From Hydrolagus colliei (Eukaryota), in NCBI GenBank assembly GCA_035084275.1, contig CM068757.1, positions 4,154,001 to 4,218,000 on the forward strand: a DNA stretch of 64,000 nt, given 5' to 3'. Position numbers and translations under genes: made by a program. Positions 23,861-37,620 of the stretch are shown here, piece by piece. Below the pieces are notes generated by a model, which saw only the letters and a list, made by a program, of their open reading frames with translations, did no database searches and was not told the origin of the DNA. Numbering within the stretch: position 1 is the first letter of the stretch; every line of letters starts with the position of its first letter.

Positions 23861-25759
23861 TGTGAGTTCAAGAATCAATCTTGATTGATAAATTTCCAAT
23901 TGATTTGACCCTTCGAGTGAATCTCACCAATCGTGAGGTGTTTTGTTTCATTCCATTGAATTAGATTATCTGATGGGTCAGTCCGGGTATCTTTGACAAC
24001 ATCTGTGAAAATGCCTGTGTTGCAACTTCTTGTTCGGGGAGAATATATCGATGAGGAAAGATCTCTCAGAAGAAAAAAGGCTAAAATAATTGGTTCTGTG
24101 CAAAAAAAGTTTATTTCGGTACAAAACAAATTTCAGATCAATAGTATTTCCATGAAATTAAACCAGGGCGAGATTGAAAGTCTGAGAAAGGGTCTTAAGT
24201 GAAATGAATCTTGGCAATGCTGATCTTGACCCAGATTTTTAATTGATGAACATCCCACAGTACACGGCTGCCAATAATACGGCACAAATTTAGCAGTCTC
24301 ACTGCAGGAAGCTGTAATGATAGATTTTGCAGGAAATGGAAATGTCATAGTAGTGTAGTGGGGTGCTCTCTGGAGGTTGAGCTTTAGCCACAGTAACTTG
24401 TTAGGCTAAATTAGAAGCTCTGGGATATCTTTGTTCTGTTGCTCGAACTCTTGCGTGAGAACAAAATATGTTCTAGCCCTTAATGTTATCGTTTTTTTGG
24501 CCTGGAAACTAAACAGGGCCCAAAAAGGAATCAAAAGTAGTTCTCGGTAACTACTACTCTTCAAATGACCAGAGAAAGTCAATTTTCCATGTTTGATCAG
24601 AAGCTGATATTGTAAAAAAAAATACTGCTTGTTCTGCTAAACAAATCTCAAGTGAGGAAAGCCACAAGATGCCATTTGTTTCCTTTTCACACTGCGTAAC
24701 TTAGTATTGGTTTATTCGAAACAAGTCCAATGCAAGATTATTTTGATAAGCGAGCAAGGTATACCGTATTGGAGACTGATAGATGGGAAGGTAGATGTGC
24801 TCTTAAGCTTTCTACATTAATGTACACATAAAGCAGCACAGTGTAGCTGAGTAATAAATCTCATGTTGTTTCATTTAATCCGTATTCTGGAACAATTTAT
24901 TGGAGTTCACAGTGCAACAGTCGTGATAATTATCCATTGCCCACAGTCCTGTATGGTTTTAATTCTAATGGGAGTTTGTCGAAAGTGTAAAGTGTTTCAT
25001 ACTGTTCTTATTTTTCACTTCCTGAAGTCTGACAGATTGTTGAAATGCAGAAGTCATGCAGCAAGAGACTTACGTGCAATTTGGCCAATAAACTATATAA
25101 CATAGGCAAAAAATATTCCCTCTGCAGAAGCAACGACATAAAATTATTCATTAGCAAGGACAAAAATAATGAGTGTAAATAGAAAACAGCTTGGGGATCT
25201 TAATTTCTATTCACTTAAAAGAAATATTCATTTATCAGGCATTCACTTAAAATGGCACTGACAGTAAGCAGACCTCTTTGAGTTCGTTAGAACTGTTCCG
25301 TTAAGCGGGAGTGCTGTGCCTAATTAAAACGTGACATTTCCCCAATTGTTCTTTTTTGACCCTCATCATCTGAAATGCAGGAGGCGGAGGCTTCTGAGAT
25401 TATGAAAAAGACTGTGCTGCCTATAATTTTCGATATTATTATCATTAATATAGTTCTCAACAAATCAGAGTCATTAATTCCTTTATGGAGTGGAGCACGC
25501 CCAATTAAGTTGTGAACATTCAACTCCTTGCCATAGCAATAAAAGCTAGAGTTAAGAGTCAGATTGCCCTCATTCTGCAAGAGTACATCCATTTGCATAA
25601 TACTGTTGGTAATTTTCATTATGAAAATTTAATATGGCACCTTCCACATCCCCAAGTTAACCCTTTCAGCACATGGTAGTGTTCATTCTGTGCTATGGGT
25701 TTAGCGAGCCGGGGGAAAATAAACAAGGATTTTAAAAAGCATAAGATAAAATAATATAA

Positions 25760-25868
25760 TAATGATCTTTGCATTTGATTTAACACTTTTCACATCTTCT
25801 AGATGTCTCAAAGTACTTCACAGAATATATGTAAAGTGAATTGACCGTATATTTTGCGGGTGAAACAT
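25760..25868 (-). mobile_element. SINE 3' tail fragment
   Basis: CTTTGCATTTGAT...CTTTTCACATCTTCTAGATGTCTCAAAG...GTAAAGTGAATTGAC. Confidence 0.85.
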
Positions 25869-27739
25869 GTAACATGTGAATTCCATAATAATCTGACCAC
25901 ACTAACAGTCACGTTTAATATTTCGGTCACGCAACTAAGACAGAAAGAAAAAAATCTGGAGATGTTGATGCAGGTACAGGAAGTATTCCAAAAATCTTTG
26001 CGTGATTCTTTTTCTCTCCTACCTCGTGATTTATGGAGCAATGTTTACAGCATTCCTTGCCACTCAAGGAAGAGTTTAAGGAGTACTGCAATTGTTGGCA
26101 CGATAATGACTGAAAATTAACTTCTGAGTATTGTTTTGGCAAAGATTTTAAGCACTAATTCTTTAAATACTAACCCAACTTTAATGACAGGATAAAGGAG
26201 ATTTGAGTCCATTACCGATTTTTGACATGAAATCAGTAATTACGAAGATTGATGTAGTTGCCTTTATGTGTGTTATTATGTGGAACGGAAATTCTCCATA
26301 ATCTGACACAATAGGATGTCTCCACATCAATATCTGCATTTTATTGGGGACAACTCAACTTTTAGTATTCAAATTAAATGTGAGCAAATACTGTAATTAC
26401 AACTAACCATCACATCCTTTGGGATCTAAATGGAAACCACATTATAGCACAGGAATGTTGAATTGTAATGCATCACTACAGATATTCAGTGATTTATTCG
26501 TTCTTGTATAATAAAATAGAAATGGGGGTATCTAAAACGGATGGTTTCCTGAAGGAACTGAGCAATTTCGGTTTCATTAAAAAAAGGGATAAATGCTTGG
26601 GTAATAATAGGTGTGCATCTCATCTGGTCAGATCATAAGATTGAACACTCACCGCATTCTTCATGATTTTATAGAGAAGCTATCCCCCAAAATGTTATGA
26701 CCGCTCAGTCAACAATTTCCGCATCACTGGTACAGTACCATCAACTCTTTGTCAGTAAAAATGTGTGCAGACGTTTATTCCAAATGCCTCCAACAACTCA
26801 TTCTTTGCAGTGCATTGGAGAGTGTAGGAGTTGCCAGAAAGGATTTTATAATCTTCTTACAAACACCGATCACGTTTATAATACTCTCTTCAACCCCATT
26901 AAAAATAATCAGTAGATCAATAACACAGCTGCAAATTTTTCTTTGATCAAAACTGTCTACTAATTTCAGACTGTCATCTAATTCCAGTTTAAGGTTTGAG
27001 CTTGTATTAGCCTCTAATTCAGCCGCAGGCCTCTGTGAGTGTAAAATATTAAATGATGCAACTTTTTGTTTCCTTTAATAAAAGCAGAATAGTGTATTGC
27101 ATTTACACATGAATCTTAATTTTTACTTTGAACCTTGTCACTGCGCTAAAGCCTGGTCAGAAGTTCTGTGCTTACCAGGAATTTGTTTTATGCATAGATC
27201 TGTTACCGTTTTATAAAGCATGATTTAGAACTCGTGCAAGCCTATGGAGGACAAAGGCCCCCTAGCCATGATTAGTTTCAAGCACTGCTAGATATCCGAA
27301 TGAAAGCTCCCGGAAAGAAATATCATCTCTACAATAGTGAGTCCGTTATTTAAGTACAGCTGTGATCAGTCAAAATATGTTGATTATAGGGACAATATCC
27401 CATTTTACTGCCTTATGTGAGAAGTAATTCAGAGCTCCAAATCACAACACATTTAGTGCAGTTCAACTTTGAAATGATTTGAAATGATTCATTCTTCAAA
27501 ATGTTCCACTGTTTCTCAACCCATGGGGTCCTTAGGTTTATCATCAAAGCTAATACTTTACTGTTCCACCGAGGGATTGCAGCTTTATTAGGTGTGTTAT
27601 CCTTTGGATATGATGTTAAACTCAAGTTTTTTGTGTTGAAGTTATGACATTTGATAAATATAGGATGTTTGCTGCAATTCTTCGTACGTAAGGAACTCTG
27701 CAATCCATCCACACCCAATGTTCCTGATCTGTTAATGTC

Positions 27740-27962
27740 AGTTTGGCTCAGTTAGTACAGCTCTTGCCTCTGGGTCGTAAGGTTGCACGGTTTAAGCACC
27801 ATGTTGGGACTTGAGATCATCTTTGCAATATAATGTTGGAGGGTTGCTGCGTGGTTAGGATAGTGTCTACACATTATAGTATATACAGTACTGTGAAGTG
27901 CTTTAAGACGTCTCAAAGACATGAGAAAACTCTACATCAAATGAAAGGATTATTATTATTAT
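27740..27962 (+). mobile_element. old tRNA-headed SINE relic with SINE-type tail
   Basis: TTGGCTCAGTTAG..GCTCTTGCCTCTGGGTCGTAAGGTTG...GGGACTTGAG (tRNA-like head), then GTGAAGTGCTTTAAGACGTC...CAAATGAAAGGATTATTATT. Confidence 0.6.
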
Positions 27963-28019
27963 CCGGGCAGTTGCATGACGCGTCATGTCTCAGACCATAT
28001 ATTATATGCCGAGATATTA

Positions 28020-28135
28020 TTTCCTAACATGAATCTATCTCATTTGTTCTTGAAAGGTTCAACACTTTCTGCTTCCACTGTCTCCTCACCTGACAGCACT
28101 GTGAGAGGTTTCAACGAGAAGAGGTTCTTAAAAAA
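28020..28135 (-). mobile_element. CR1 3' fragment
   Basis: ATCTATCTCATTTGTTCTTGAAAGGTTCAACACTTTCTGCTTCCACTG, the reverse complement of the CR1 'VEA...FK..LD' region. Confidence 0.55.
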
Positions 28136-29024
28136 TTACAAAGTTCTCCTTTTCTCTGATAGAAATCGCTTTCTGTAGATGTGGCTGGCTCAACCAGGAG
28201 ACATAAACCTTGTGGACAGGTGGTAGTGTAGGGGTCTGCAACAGTGTCATAAATTCAAGCTAAAGAGAACTCCCTGAAGACTCTGACATAAAATTATTCC
28301 AGTTTATTTTGTTATCAATCCTCTCATTTGAAATCACATGCAGCTGTACAGAAAGCTCTGGTGCAATAATCAAATGCTCATCGAAAGGTGTTTGTGCAGC
28401 ATTCCCTAACAGCTGTGAGAAATCACTTCGCACATTTAACGGGAGGCAGAGTAGAGCGGCAATGTTATTTACTGATTACTTTGAGGCTACCGCGCAAAAG
28501 GAGGCATAAGTTACGGTCTCTCCGTTTTACCGTAACTCAATGTAAAATACTTCCAAAAAGTGTGCAGAAGTGAATTCAAATGGATGAATGCATGTCTTTT
28601 GAAGTCGCTTGGCGATTGCTATTATCACATTGGGTTGAATTTGTTCCCCATCAGCACCACTTATTTCATCTTTTCATTATCCTGACAATGGTCGGCTCAA
28701 ACTGCCCCAGATCAAAGGTAGAAGATTATTTTCATAAAGCTTTAGAAGGCTAGATAGGGTAATAGTTCAGAGCGCAAATGTAATTTTTTTTTTCACGAGC
28801 AGCAATTGTGGCAGACCATTGTGACGTCGGTTAGATTGTGACGATCCATCGCAAAACCACGTCTCAAATCTTTACAGCAATAAGACTGAATAATATCTCC
28901 CTTGGTTAAACATGCTGAATCTTCAAAAGATAGAGCGATATGCTACTGTCAGCCCGTCTCTGGAATCAGGCATGAAAAACAGATCAACATGAGCAGAAAC
29001 TCAAGATGCATAATGGATAGTAAT

Positions 29025-29272
29025 AATAATAATGATTTGGTCATGCGATCCGCGACTGTTTGTGGGACACTGCTGGGCACAAATATCTACTACATTTCCC
29101 CACAAAATATACAGTCAAATATTCTGTGAGGTGCTTTGAAACATCTCGTAGATGTGATAGGGCGATATATCAAATGCAAGGATTATTATTAGTATTACAA
29201 TATTAATACTGTAACAATGCAATCACATTTGCATAGTGTCTTTCATGTCGGGAGGACATCCCAAGGCGCTCA
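29025..29272 (+). mobile_element. 5'-truncated SINE (+, 29025-29197) followed tail-to-tail by an L2-type tail (-, 29225-29272)
   Basis: GACTGTTTGTGGGACACTGCTG...CAAATGCAAGGATTATTATT; then TTTCATGTCGGGAGGACATCCCAAGGCGCT. Confidence 0.82.
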
Positions 29273-30804
29273 TCTGTGACACATGATGTGACAATGTGAG
29301 GGATCAACAAGCTTTTACTTCATAGAGGGACGATGTGCATGAACATTACTGTACTCTAAAAATTCAGCAGAAAATAGGAGTGAAAATTACGACATGTGAT
29401 AACAATCACATCACTTGTTACAATTTTCACCCCCATAATTTCTTCTTCCTGACCCGGGGAATTTTTTGTTCCTCCAATGCCCTGGTGATTGTTGTACTGG
29501 TCTCTCACCTCTCGTCTCCTTATTTTCTTTCGATACTTTAAAAGGGGGTACGTTCCAGTGTAAAAATGCAGGTTCCTGGGAACGCTGGGACAACCACAAC
29601 ACATTCTTTCCTTAATCTTTTTAATCCTTTATCTAGCAAAACCTTAAACATAGATTTCACCCAAATCCCTCCAGGATATCATTAACCTATATTTAGCTCT
29701 GCAATTCTATTCTAATCCCAGAGGTTTAACGTTGCTGTAAGCAGCTGGGTACCGACGGAGTGCATGTCAAACGCAAACGGGTTCTCTGGTAACTCGTCAA
29801 AAAACAAAAGAAAAAAAATCAGAACAAAAACCTAACTGAAACGTCTCGGCCGCTAGAGCTTTTACAAAGAAGTTTTCAAATCACAGCAGCATTCTGTTGA
29901 GAGGGTTAAAATCTGACAGACACTGGACTTGAGTTTCTTTTTATTTCAATCTTGAAAGGCTTTGAAACCAGAGACTTTCTTCCATGAGATACCATAAAGT
30001 AGAGACTTCAAGAGTGTTGTTTATTTGTTTACGTCACTCACAAAGTTAGATCCACAGCAGGGTCCAGACAAGGGGCAAAGAGCACAGCAGTGACTGGCTC
30101 AGCACTTCCTGTTGCCCACTCTATGAGGCTGGACCTGAGAACATCCAGGGTCAGATGTGTGTTGAGAAAGTGCCGACATGATTTATACCAACTCTTCACA
30201 ACTTGGAGTGTCCAAGGTGTGATGTCTGTGAGCAGAGGTCAGGGATCACAGCTTAGGCAAAGAGTGAGTTTGACCTGTTATGCCTACAAGAGGCTTGGGC
30301 AAAAATTTTTGATCTATTCATCAATAATCTGTGTGATGTATGGAATAGGGGAAACCTCATTGCCCCTTGGGAAGTCTTTTATTACCTCCGCAACCTCAAT
30401 GTTATTGAACAAATTAAGCTAATGCCTTTCCTCTGTCAGGAACAATAGCAAAACTAATCAACTGTGCAGTAAAACAAAACAAAAATAGCTATGTAAAAGT
30501 TCCACTGGTCAACTCATGGCTGTGCCGAAAGCTACTACCGGTTGCATTTGCTTCAGCTGCCAAATCAGAAATGTTTATTGTTAACTTAGCCGGGCAATTC
30601 TGGTACTCAAATGTTGCTCAAATGCGCTTTTGCTCTTTTGGGTGAGTTGTACTAAACCATTCTGTAGAATGTTGTTGTTGTTTTATTGAATGCCCTTCCA
30701 AGTGAGATGATACCGCAAAAATTATTGGGGGAGAGGAAGAGAACATTAAATTTATCCAACTTGTTTGAATGAGACCACCACCTGCTACTTCCTTGTTACA
30801 AATT

Positions 30805-31223
30805 GGGAGTCGTGTAGCCCAGTAGATAGAGTACTCACCTCGCAAGCGAGAGATCTGGGTTTGATTCTCGGCAGGGCGAAATCTTGGACAATTTACCTCA
30901 CTCCATACGCCTGATAATAATCTCAGGCCAAACACTCGATTTTCAACAATCCTTCAGTTTAATCTTCTCGCAAGAACATATGAATTTGCTAGGCAAAAGA
31001 AGACCAAGATCCATCCAGTTGGCCTTCCATCACCCTTCCACCACCCTCCCCACAAAAAAATAATTTGGTCTCTTAATGCACGACTGATCGTGGGACATTG
31101 CTGTGCACAATTGGCTGCAGTGTTTCACCCACAAAATATACAGTCAATTCACTTTACACTACAGTCTGAGACGTCCCAAAAAAAGTGCAAAGCGCTGTAT
31201 CAAAAGCAAGGATTATTATTATT
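30805..31223 (+). mobile_element. full-length SINE interrupted by an insertion (head 30805-30922; body and tail ~31044-31223)
   Basis: Head GGGAGTCGTGTAGCCCAGTAG...CTCGCAAGCGAGAG...GGTTTGATTC...GGCAGGGCGAAA. The insert contains a minus-strand CR1-like tail (~30972-31035). The body resumes at GGGACATTGCTGTGCACAATTGGCTGC and ends in the (TAT)n tail. Confidence 0.85.
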
Positions 31224-31992
31224 AAAGTCTTAGCAATGGTTGCTTTGCCATTTTGTGGTCGATAATGACAAGGTATTGCAACCTTCACAGGCAAATTAAG
31301 AACCATTCATTTAGGAGAAATGGGAGAAAATACTTCAGAAGGGAATTTTTTTTAGATTATAATGTAGCAAAGCAATAAAATTAAGTGATTCACAGGATGT
31401 CAGATGTGATGGAGTGTGAAACTGCACATCATTTCTTTCTTGTACATAATTTTGTTTGGAAGTTTCCAGGGCAACTGTGACAAAAAAAACAGTTGTTCAA
31501 TCCCAAATGTTCTCCATATACAAAGACAGAAAGTCGGGTATTTAAGCAAATGGACATGCGATCTATTTTCTTTGCGTCATTTTTTATATAAAAGGACAGA
31601 ACAGCAAAATAGTCACCATTTGAAACTTTGAGTGCGAACAATGGTGCTGAGCTAAGAATTCCCACCCCTGGATGTAGGTTAGATGCTATACCTAAAATGA
31701 CTGTAGCTTATACGCCTGCTTTTTTTTTCTCTCTCTCTCTTCTCCCCAGCAACATCAAATTCTTGCTCCATAAACATTTTCCTGGATTGCTGCATTGCTC
31801 CAACTCCAACGCCCTCAATAAATTTAACATCACCTTCTTGCTTTTCGTTCAATTTGAAATGGCTTCAACTCGTAAATCATTATTATATGTTTGGCTTAAT
31901 GTACACATAAAAGCCAGAATCCCACTTGTTTTTTAATGGTCTTTTCTACCTGCGCTCTTGGAGTTAAAGATCCCACATGTGTCTGCAGCCTA

Positions 31993-32033
31993 TATGCCGA
32001 ATGGCCTCCTTTCCATGCTATTATTTCTATGAT
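31993..32033 (+). mobile_element. CR1 tail remnant
   Basis: GCCGAATGGCCTCCT...TTTCTATGATT. Confidence 0.6.
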
Positions 32034-35000
32034 TGCACATCAGACATGTTTTCAGGCAAAATAACATCAGTGCGTTAGCACTGTTAGTACAGGCAGTACA
32101 TGTAATGCTCTAAGAATGTGGTGGAAGATGCTTTATTCACAGTCCAAGAGCTTGAGATGTTAGTTAAAAAAAATCTAAATTCCCAGAATACATGCACGTA
32201 AATTGACTCGCAAAGAGAATCTGAAGAGCAGAGCAACACTCCACCTCCCACTCATTTTCAGTGTTGATCAATTTGTGTCAATTTCTTAGTAAGATCCTGT
32301 ATAACGATGGCTTCCATTGTAAAGTATACATAGTGTTTTGCACTTATTTTTCTGTCTACTGCGCAGGACAATCAAACAGTTTGCAGGATGATCTGATACT
32401 GGGGGGGGAAAAAAACTGCAGGTATTGAAATTGATCGCTAATCAGTTAAATATTTATGAAAAGTGAAGTGCATGCAGAAGTAGAACAGTCTGAGGACAAT
32501 GTAGTCCTTTCAAAGCAAGACCTTTTAGTCACGCAGAGCTTTTCTTAAACACTGCAAAAGAGCCAGAGACAAGACTTCTGTAACAAATCATTGTACCAGT
32601 GTGTTTGCCATCCTCATTCTACATTTCCTTAGTCGTTCTTGGGATCAAGTTCCAGAGCACAGTGATCTGAGCCTGTGATATCAGTTGCAGATGTGGTTTG
32701 CAGTACTTGACTGGGGAGAGGGGAGGGGGGGGTGGAATAAAAAAACTAGTTAATATGAGGCTAAATGAGCACAAATACAATTTTTTTTTAAAAAGGCAAA
32801 CACAACTGCTTTTTTTTAAAATTAAAATACATTTTGCTTCTGTTATATTTGACAAAACATAACAGAATCAAACATATTCTAATAATTTCAAAAGAAAGGT
32901 TCAAAAACAATGAATCGGGCAACCCACTGACATTAAATGCAGAAGAGATAAATTCAGTACATGAACCCAGGAGAGTGGAATAAACCTAAATGCAATCTGT
33001 TACGATACAAATCAAAAGGGGAATACTAAATTGTTCGATCACTTACTTTAAGCCTGCTCTATAACTTGCTTCTCAACCCATTGGCAACAGGATTTCTTTG
33101 ATCTGCAAGAACTTGAAAAAGCATCCGAATCCAAGTCAGACACAGGTGTTAATGTGCAACCATTCTGCCACACATCTCAAGCTCCAGCGACAACACACAC
33201 TCAGGAATACGTTCAAGTACTGCCAGAAAACTTGTCATTCCATTTTATAGCCACCATTCTTCTCTCTCACTTTTGACCGAGTTGGATTGCAATTTGAATG
33301 CATTCTTACGGCTCGGTGGGACGCACTCCGGGTGTTATACGACATGAATGGCACCGTGTAATTACATTTTTATCTTTTCCATTCTTTTATCAAATTAAAA
33401 TTAATGGCTCGTGGGTTATTTTTGTGTGTTTAACCATTCTTCAACTTGTTCCTCATGTCTCTCCTTTTTCTCTTGGCCTGTTCCTCTTTACCTCCCACCG
33501 CCCATATAAAAGGCATTTTCTCGAAAGCCAGCCTGCTGTTTCAGTTCTGCTAAATGGCCTCTACTAAACCATCATTCATCTTTTCATAGAAATACTGACT
33601 TGTAAGGATTTTCCAACATTTACTGTTTTCAGTTTAACATTTAAAGATACACAGTCACTACATCTTACAGGAAATTCAGCGAAGATCTTTGATACATCCT
33701 CCTGATGTGAAAGGGGCTACTTCAAATGCAACTATTGTTAGTTACGATAACTCTATCCCAACTGTATGTGTTGCTTTTCAGAAGGTCGGACTATAACATT
33801 AGTTTTCTAGAACATAACAGGCCTTGACTTGGAACTTTAAAGAGTTGGCATCCACAACCTGGGCCACGAGTTATACAGAGGTAATTAGTTACCAGGGCGT
33901 GCACAACTCAAACATTGCAGGGAAATGAAACGGCTACAAAGTGGGTGCTGTGCAGCCACTTAGGCTCTGAGAATGGAGCCCACTGTGCTGTTTCCCATAT
34001 TCACTATCCTTGCCTGACTAATTATACCCGGACTTTGTGGAACCACAATGGAGCCATTCGAAAATATGTCACAGCTGAAAAAACTTTCCCCCGGGGGCAC
34101 TTGTGAAAAATGTAAAAAGTTGTAACCGCTTATAGGGAGCTACATCGGGGGCTCAAATTTAAACTCGATGTATTTTTCGCCCTTCTCTTTCCGACGACAA
34201 AAATAATGGGCGCATTTAAAATGGGAATATTCCTGCAAGAGGTTTATTTTAATTTTAAGGTTTCCAATGAGTTACAAGAAATCGGGGGTGGTGCAAAAAA
34301 ATTCATACTTATTTTTGACACATCCGATTTGCTAATTGATATTGCTTTCATATCCCCCTCTCCACATGTGAACACCTCCTCTCCACACATGCACCCCTCC
34401 CACCCAATCCATAATTAACTGAATAGCTCACACCCCTCACCCAACAGGGAGTGGATGAAGCGATCTAGTTGATCTCAGGTTGAATTGTGGTGTCCTAGAT
34501 TGCTAGCATTAGAAGCCATCTCATGCTTAGTTTAATTCTCCCTCATTGCTGCCTCTTTAGATTCATATGGGAGTGAGCTGCTATTGGAGGCTGACTGATA
34601 TCCGTACAATCACACACCAGCATTAATAAACAACTTGAGAGTGGAGGTGAAGAGAGCAAATTTATTTTGCATACCTTATCCAAGAATTCCAAATGATTTT
34701 GTGTCTGTACAGAAACTGTTCAGCTTTTGAATTAGGTAATAAGCTTGAGGTGTCACCTCAGCTGATACCTCAAGTTATCCTCCCTCTTTTATTTAAGTTA
34801 ACTCTGATTCTATTCTCTTTTGGCTCACCACATCTGCCTGTCTCCATTCATTCCAGGCTTCGTGGAACCAGAAAAGCATCCAACCAATGAAGTACAAATG
34901 TATTTAAACCCATAAAAATTCTCGCACTGAGCCAAACCACAGATTTCAGATTGTTGCCAACACAAGCTGTATATTGGGTTATTAATGCATACCCCAGCCT

Positions 35001-36419
35001 TTCACTGCTTAAAGGGGAGTCATATTTACCCATTTGTATGCATGTATGTGTGTGTGTGCATATAAACAATCGTTCTAAAACCCTTGCCAGACATTTGGCA
35101 TTTGATTTTACTTTTATACTTTGTCCGCTCTTCAGTGTGGAGCAAATCTTTCCATCGGACCATTCATCTGAATTGCAAAACCTCGTACGTGTCAAAGCAA
35201 ATGGCAACCCAAAATCCATCAGAGACTGTACTGAATGGGAATTGGATTTTAAACCAACCTCAATGAATTTGGTTTTGTGTTAAAGAAGAATTTTTAAAAA
35301 ATCTATCGTTGACCTGAAATAAAAATTGGTCAATTGGAATTCATATTATAGGCTACGTCACACAACAGCTTGCGGTTGTATAACAACTCTCGCACAGGAT
35401 AGCACCCCGGAGCGTTTAAGCATTCAGAGGTGGGTTCGGATTGGTTTGTTTTATACACTAGGATAGATGTATGTTGGAAACAAAGGGGATCAAATACGCA
35501 GCGCTTCACAGCACACTCCTTGTTTTCACCATCATAAGGATCATGAGGAAAGTGCTTTGAAATGCAATAAATTTCACACCACGTTTTTTTAAAAAATGAA
35601 TGGCCAACTTATGCTTAAACTTTAATGCCGAGTTAACAGCAGCGTACACATTGCACAACCTGGCAATTCCAGTGGTATTTGAGTGCCAACGGTTCAATAT
35701 GAAGCAGCGTTAGGACATTATGTAACATCCTGGAACCCCCCAATGCTGGCTCTGTCTCAAGGAGATAGTTTCAGAAGCAGTTCATAGTGAAAGCCACGCA
35801 TTTAGGCAACATACTTGGTGGTGAATTACTCGCACATTGCATTTCTAAACATACCGTATAGACACAATACTACAATATTACAAAGCTTTTCAATATCGTG
35901 CATCTACCAATAATAGGTATTACAGTTGAAACTACTGCTTAGATGTTCTTCTACTCTGAGTGCCTTTAAATATGTAGAAAGTCTTCGACTGGAAAGAATA
36001 ACCATGCTTCCTTCTTCAGAAATGTCATTAATCAAAGCATTGGAAAAAATCTACTTAGGTCAGCAACAGCAACACCCAGCAATACCTCTACAGATTTTCT
36101 TCCCCCCACACCCAACCCCCACCGCACTTGTGATCACACTTAAGAAGGATGAGGGCAATGTTCCTGTCTTTCCCTGTGAACATATGTACTAATATGAGTT
36201 AAATTCCTGAGGAACAGGAGTGGGTCTATCATCTTTCAACCACTGTCAGTTTAATTCAATAGAAAAGCCTGGCTCTTTGGAGAAAACAGCTGGCCGGCTG
36301 CGGCGTGTAAGCAGGTGCAGAACACTTGTGGAGCTCCCTCAGATCTCAATCACCTATCAAAACAAGAGACGTGATAGGGATTTGGCCATCAGAGTTATGA
36401 GCAATGACTTTAATTTTAC

Positions 36420-36593
36420 CTTCAGGTTGTTTGAATGTTAGCCAGACATTTATCAAAAGTAGGCACTGCAACGAAACTTTTTTTTTGAAATGTGTATAAG
36501 CAAGGACCTGGTGGAGAAGGGAACTGGGAGCCTCATTGGTAACATGTCTACGAGGACGTCTTTCAAAGCCACAAGAGCTTCCATTTTGTTCAT
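36420..36593 (-). other. candidate exon of an unidentified minus-strand transcript
   Basis: Acceptor catctttacattttccccttgcag|A and donor AAG|GTAAAA; 174 nt, open in phase 1-1; no recognised homology. Confidence 0.25.
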
Positions 36594-36666
36594 CTGCAAG
36601 GGGAAAATGTAAAGATGAGGTGATAATCTCGCAATATCTGAATGTGTCCAAAGGGATGTGGCTTCA

Positions 36667-36998
36667 GGAGCTCCTGTGGCTTAGTGGTTAGAGCACTTGC
36701 CTTGCAAGCTGGGGAGACCTGTTGTGTTCGAATCCAGGCAGGTCAGGGCGAAACCTTGGGCAAATTTCCTTACTCCACACGCCTAATAATATTCTGTCCA
36801 AAAAAAACACAATAATAAAATTGGTCATTTCAATCCACGACTGTTTGTGGGGCACTGCTGTGCGCAATTGGCTGCCACAATTCACCCACAAATATACAGT
36901 CAATTCACTTTACAGTATATTCTGTGAAGCGCTTTGGGACGTCGATAGGATGTGAAAAGCGCTACATCAAATGCAAGGATTACTATTATGTTATTATT
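36667..36998 (+). mobile_element. full-length tRNA-derived SINE (main family)
   Basis: Consensus A box TGGCTTAGTGG at 36677-36687, B box GTTCGAATCC at 36726-36735, Deu-like core and CAAATGCAAGGAT(TAT)n tail. Confidence 0.95.
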
Positions 36999-37481
36999 CA
37001 GAACTGCTAAGTGATGGGACTGTTTAACTCTCACCAGAATAAGGTGGTTGCACAGAAGGCTCTGGTTACAACACAGGCATAAAACATGCCAATAGTCAAC
37101 TTGGAAGTTCAACATTTATTTCTCTGTTTTGATTGGCAACCCTTTTTTTTGTATAAGAAAAAAGTGAACTTTCTTCTGTGAGGGCCCAGTGTTGTCTGGC
37201 TGGTTATTTGAGGCAGTTGAGCTAAATCTGGAGCAACCCACACTGGCAGCATGATTTGAATGGCATCAGCTGCAACAGCACTAATTACAGTATGCGAGCG
37301 AACAGTGAGTGTTCAGTGTTTGTTCCACATTGGATATTTGAACGTGCATCAAAGCAATAATGTGGTGCAACTTGATGGCTTGATATGTGATATCAGCGGC
37401 TTTGAGACCTTCGTATTTCTTTAATTGCAAAACAAACACTTCATCCCATCTATTTCAAGTGTGTTTTGACAGATAAAATAA

Positions 37482-37620
37482 ATAATATTAATTCTTGCAT
37501 TTGATGTAGCGCCCTATCATGTCGTTGACACTCCAAACACTTCTCAACATATACTGTGCAGTGAATTGACTATTTCGTGGGCAAAACGCGGCAGCCAGTC
37601 ATGGACTGAGTGACCAAATT
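37482..37620 (-). mobile_element. SINE 3' fragment
   Basis: CTTGCATTTGATGTAGCGCCC...GTGAATTGACT...CGCGGCAGCCA. Confidence 0.8.

Noticed and set aside
36667-36745. tRNA gene
   Set aside because: It has A/B boxes but no acceptor-stem closure and continues directly into the SINE body.
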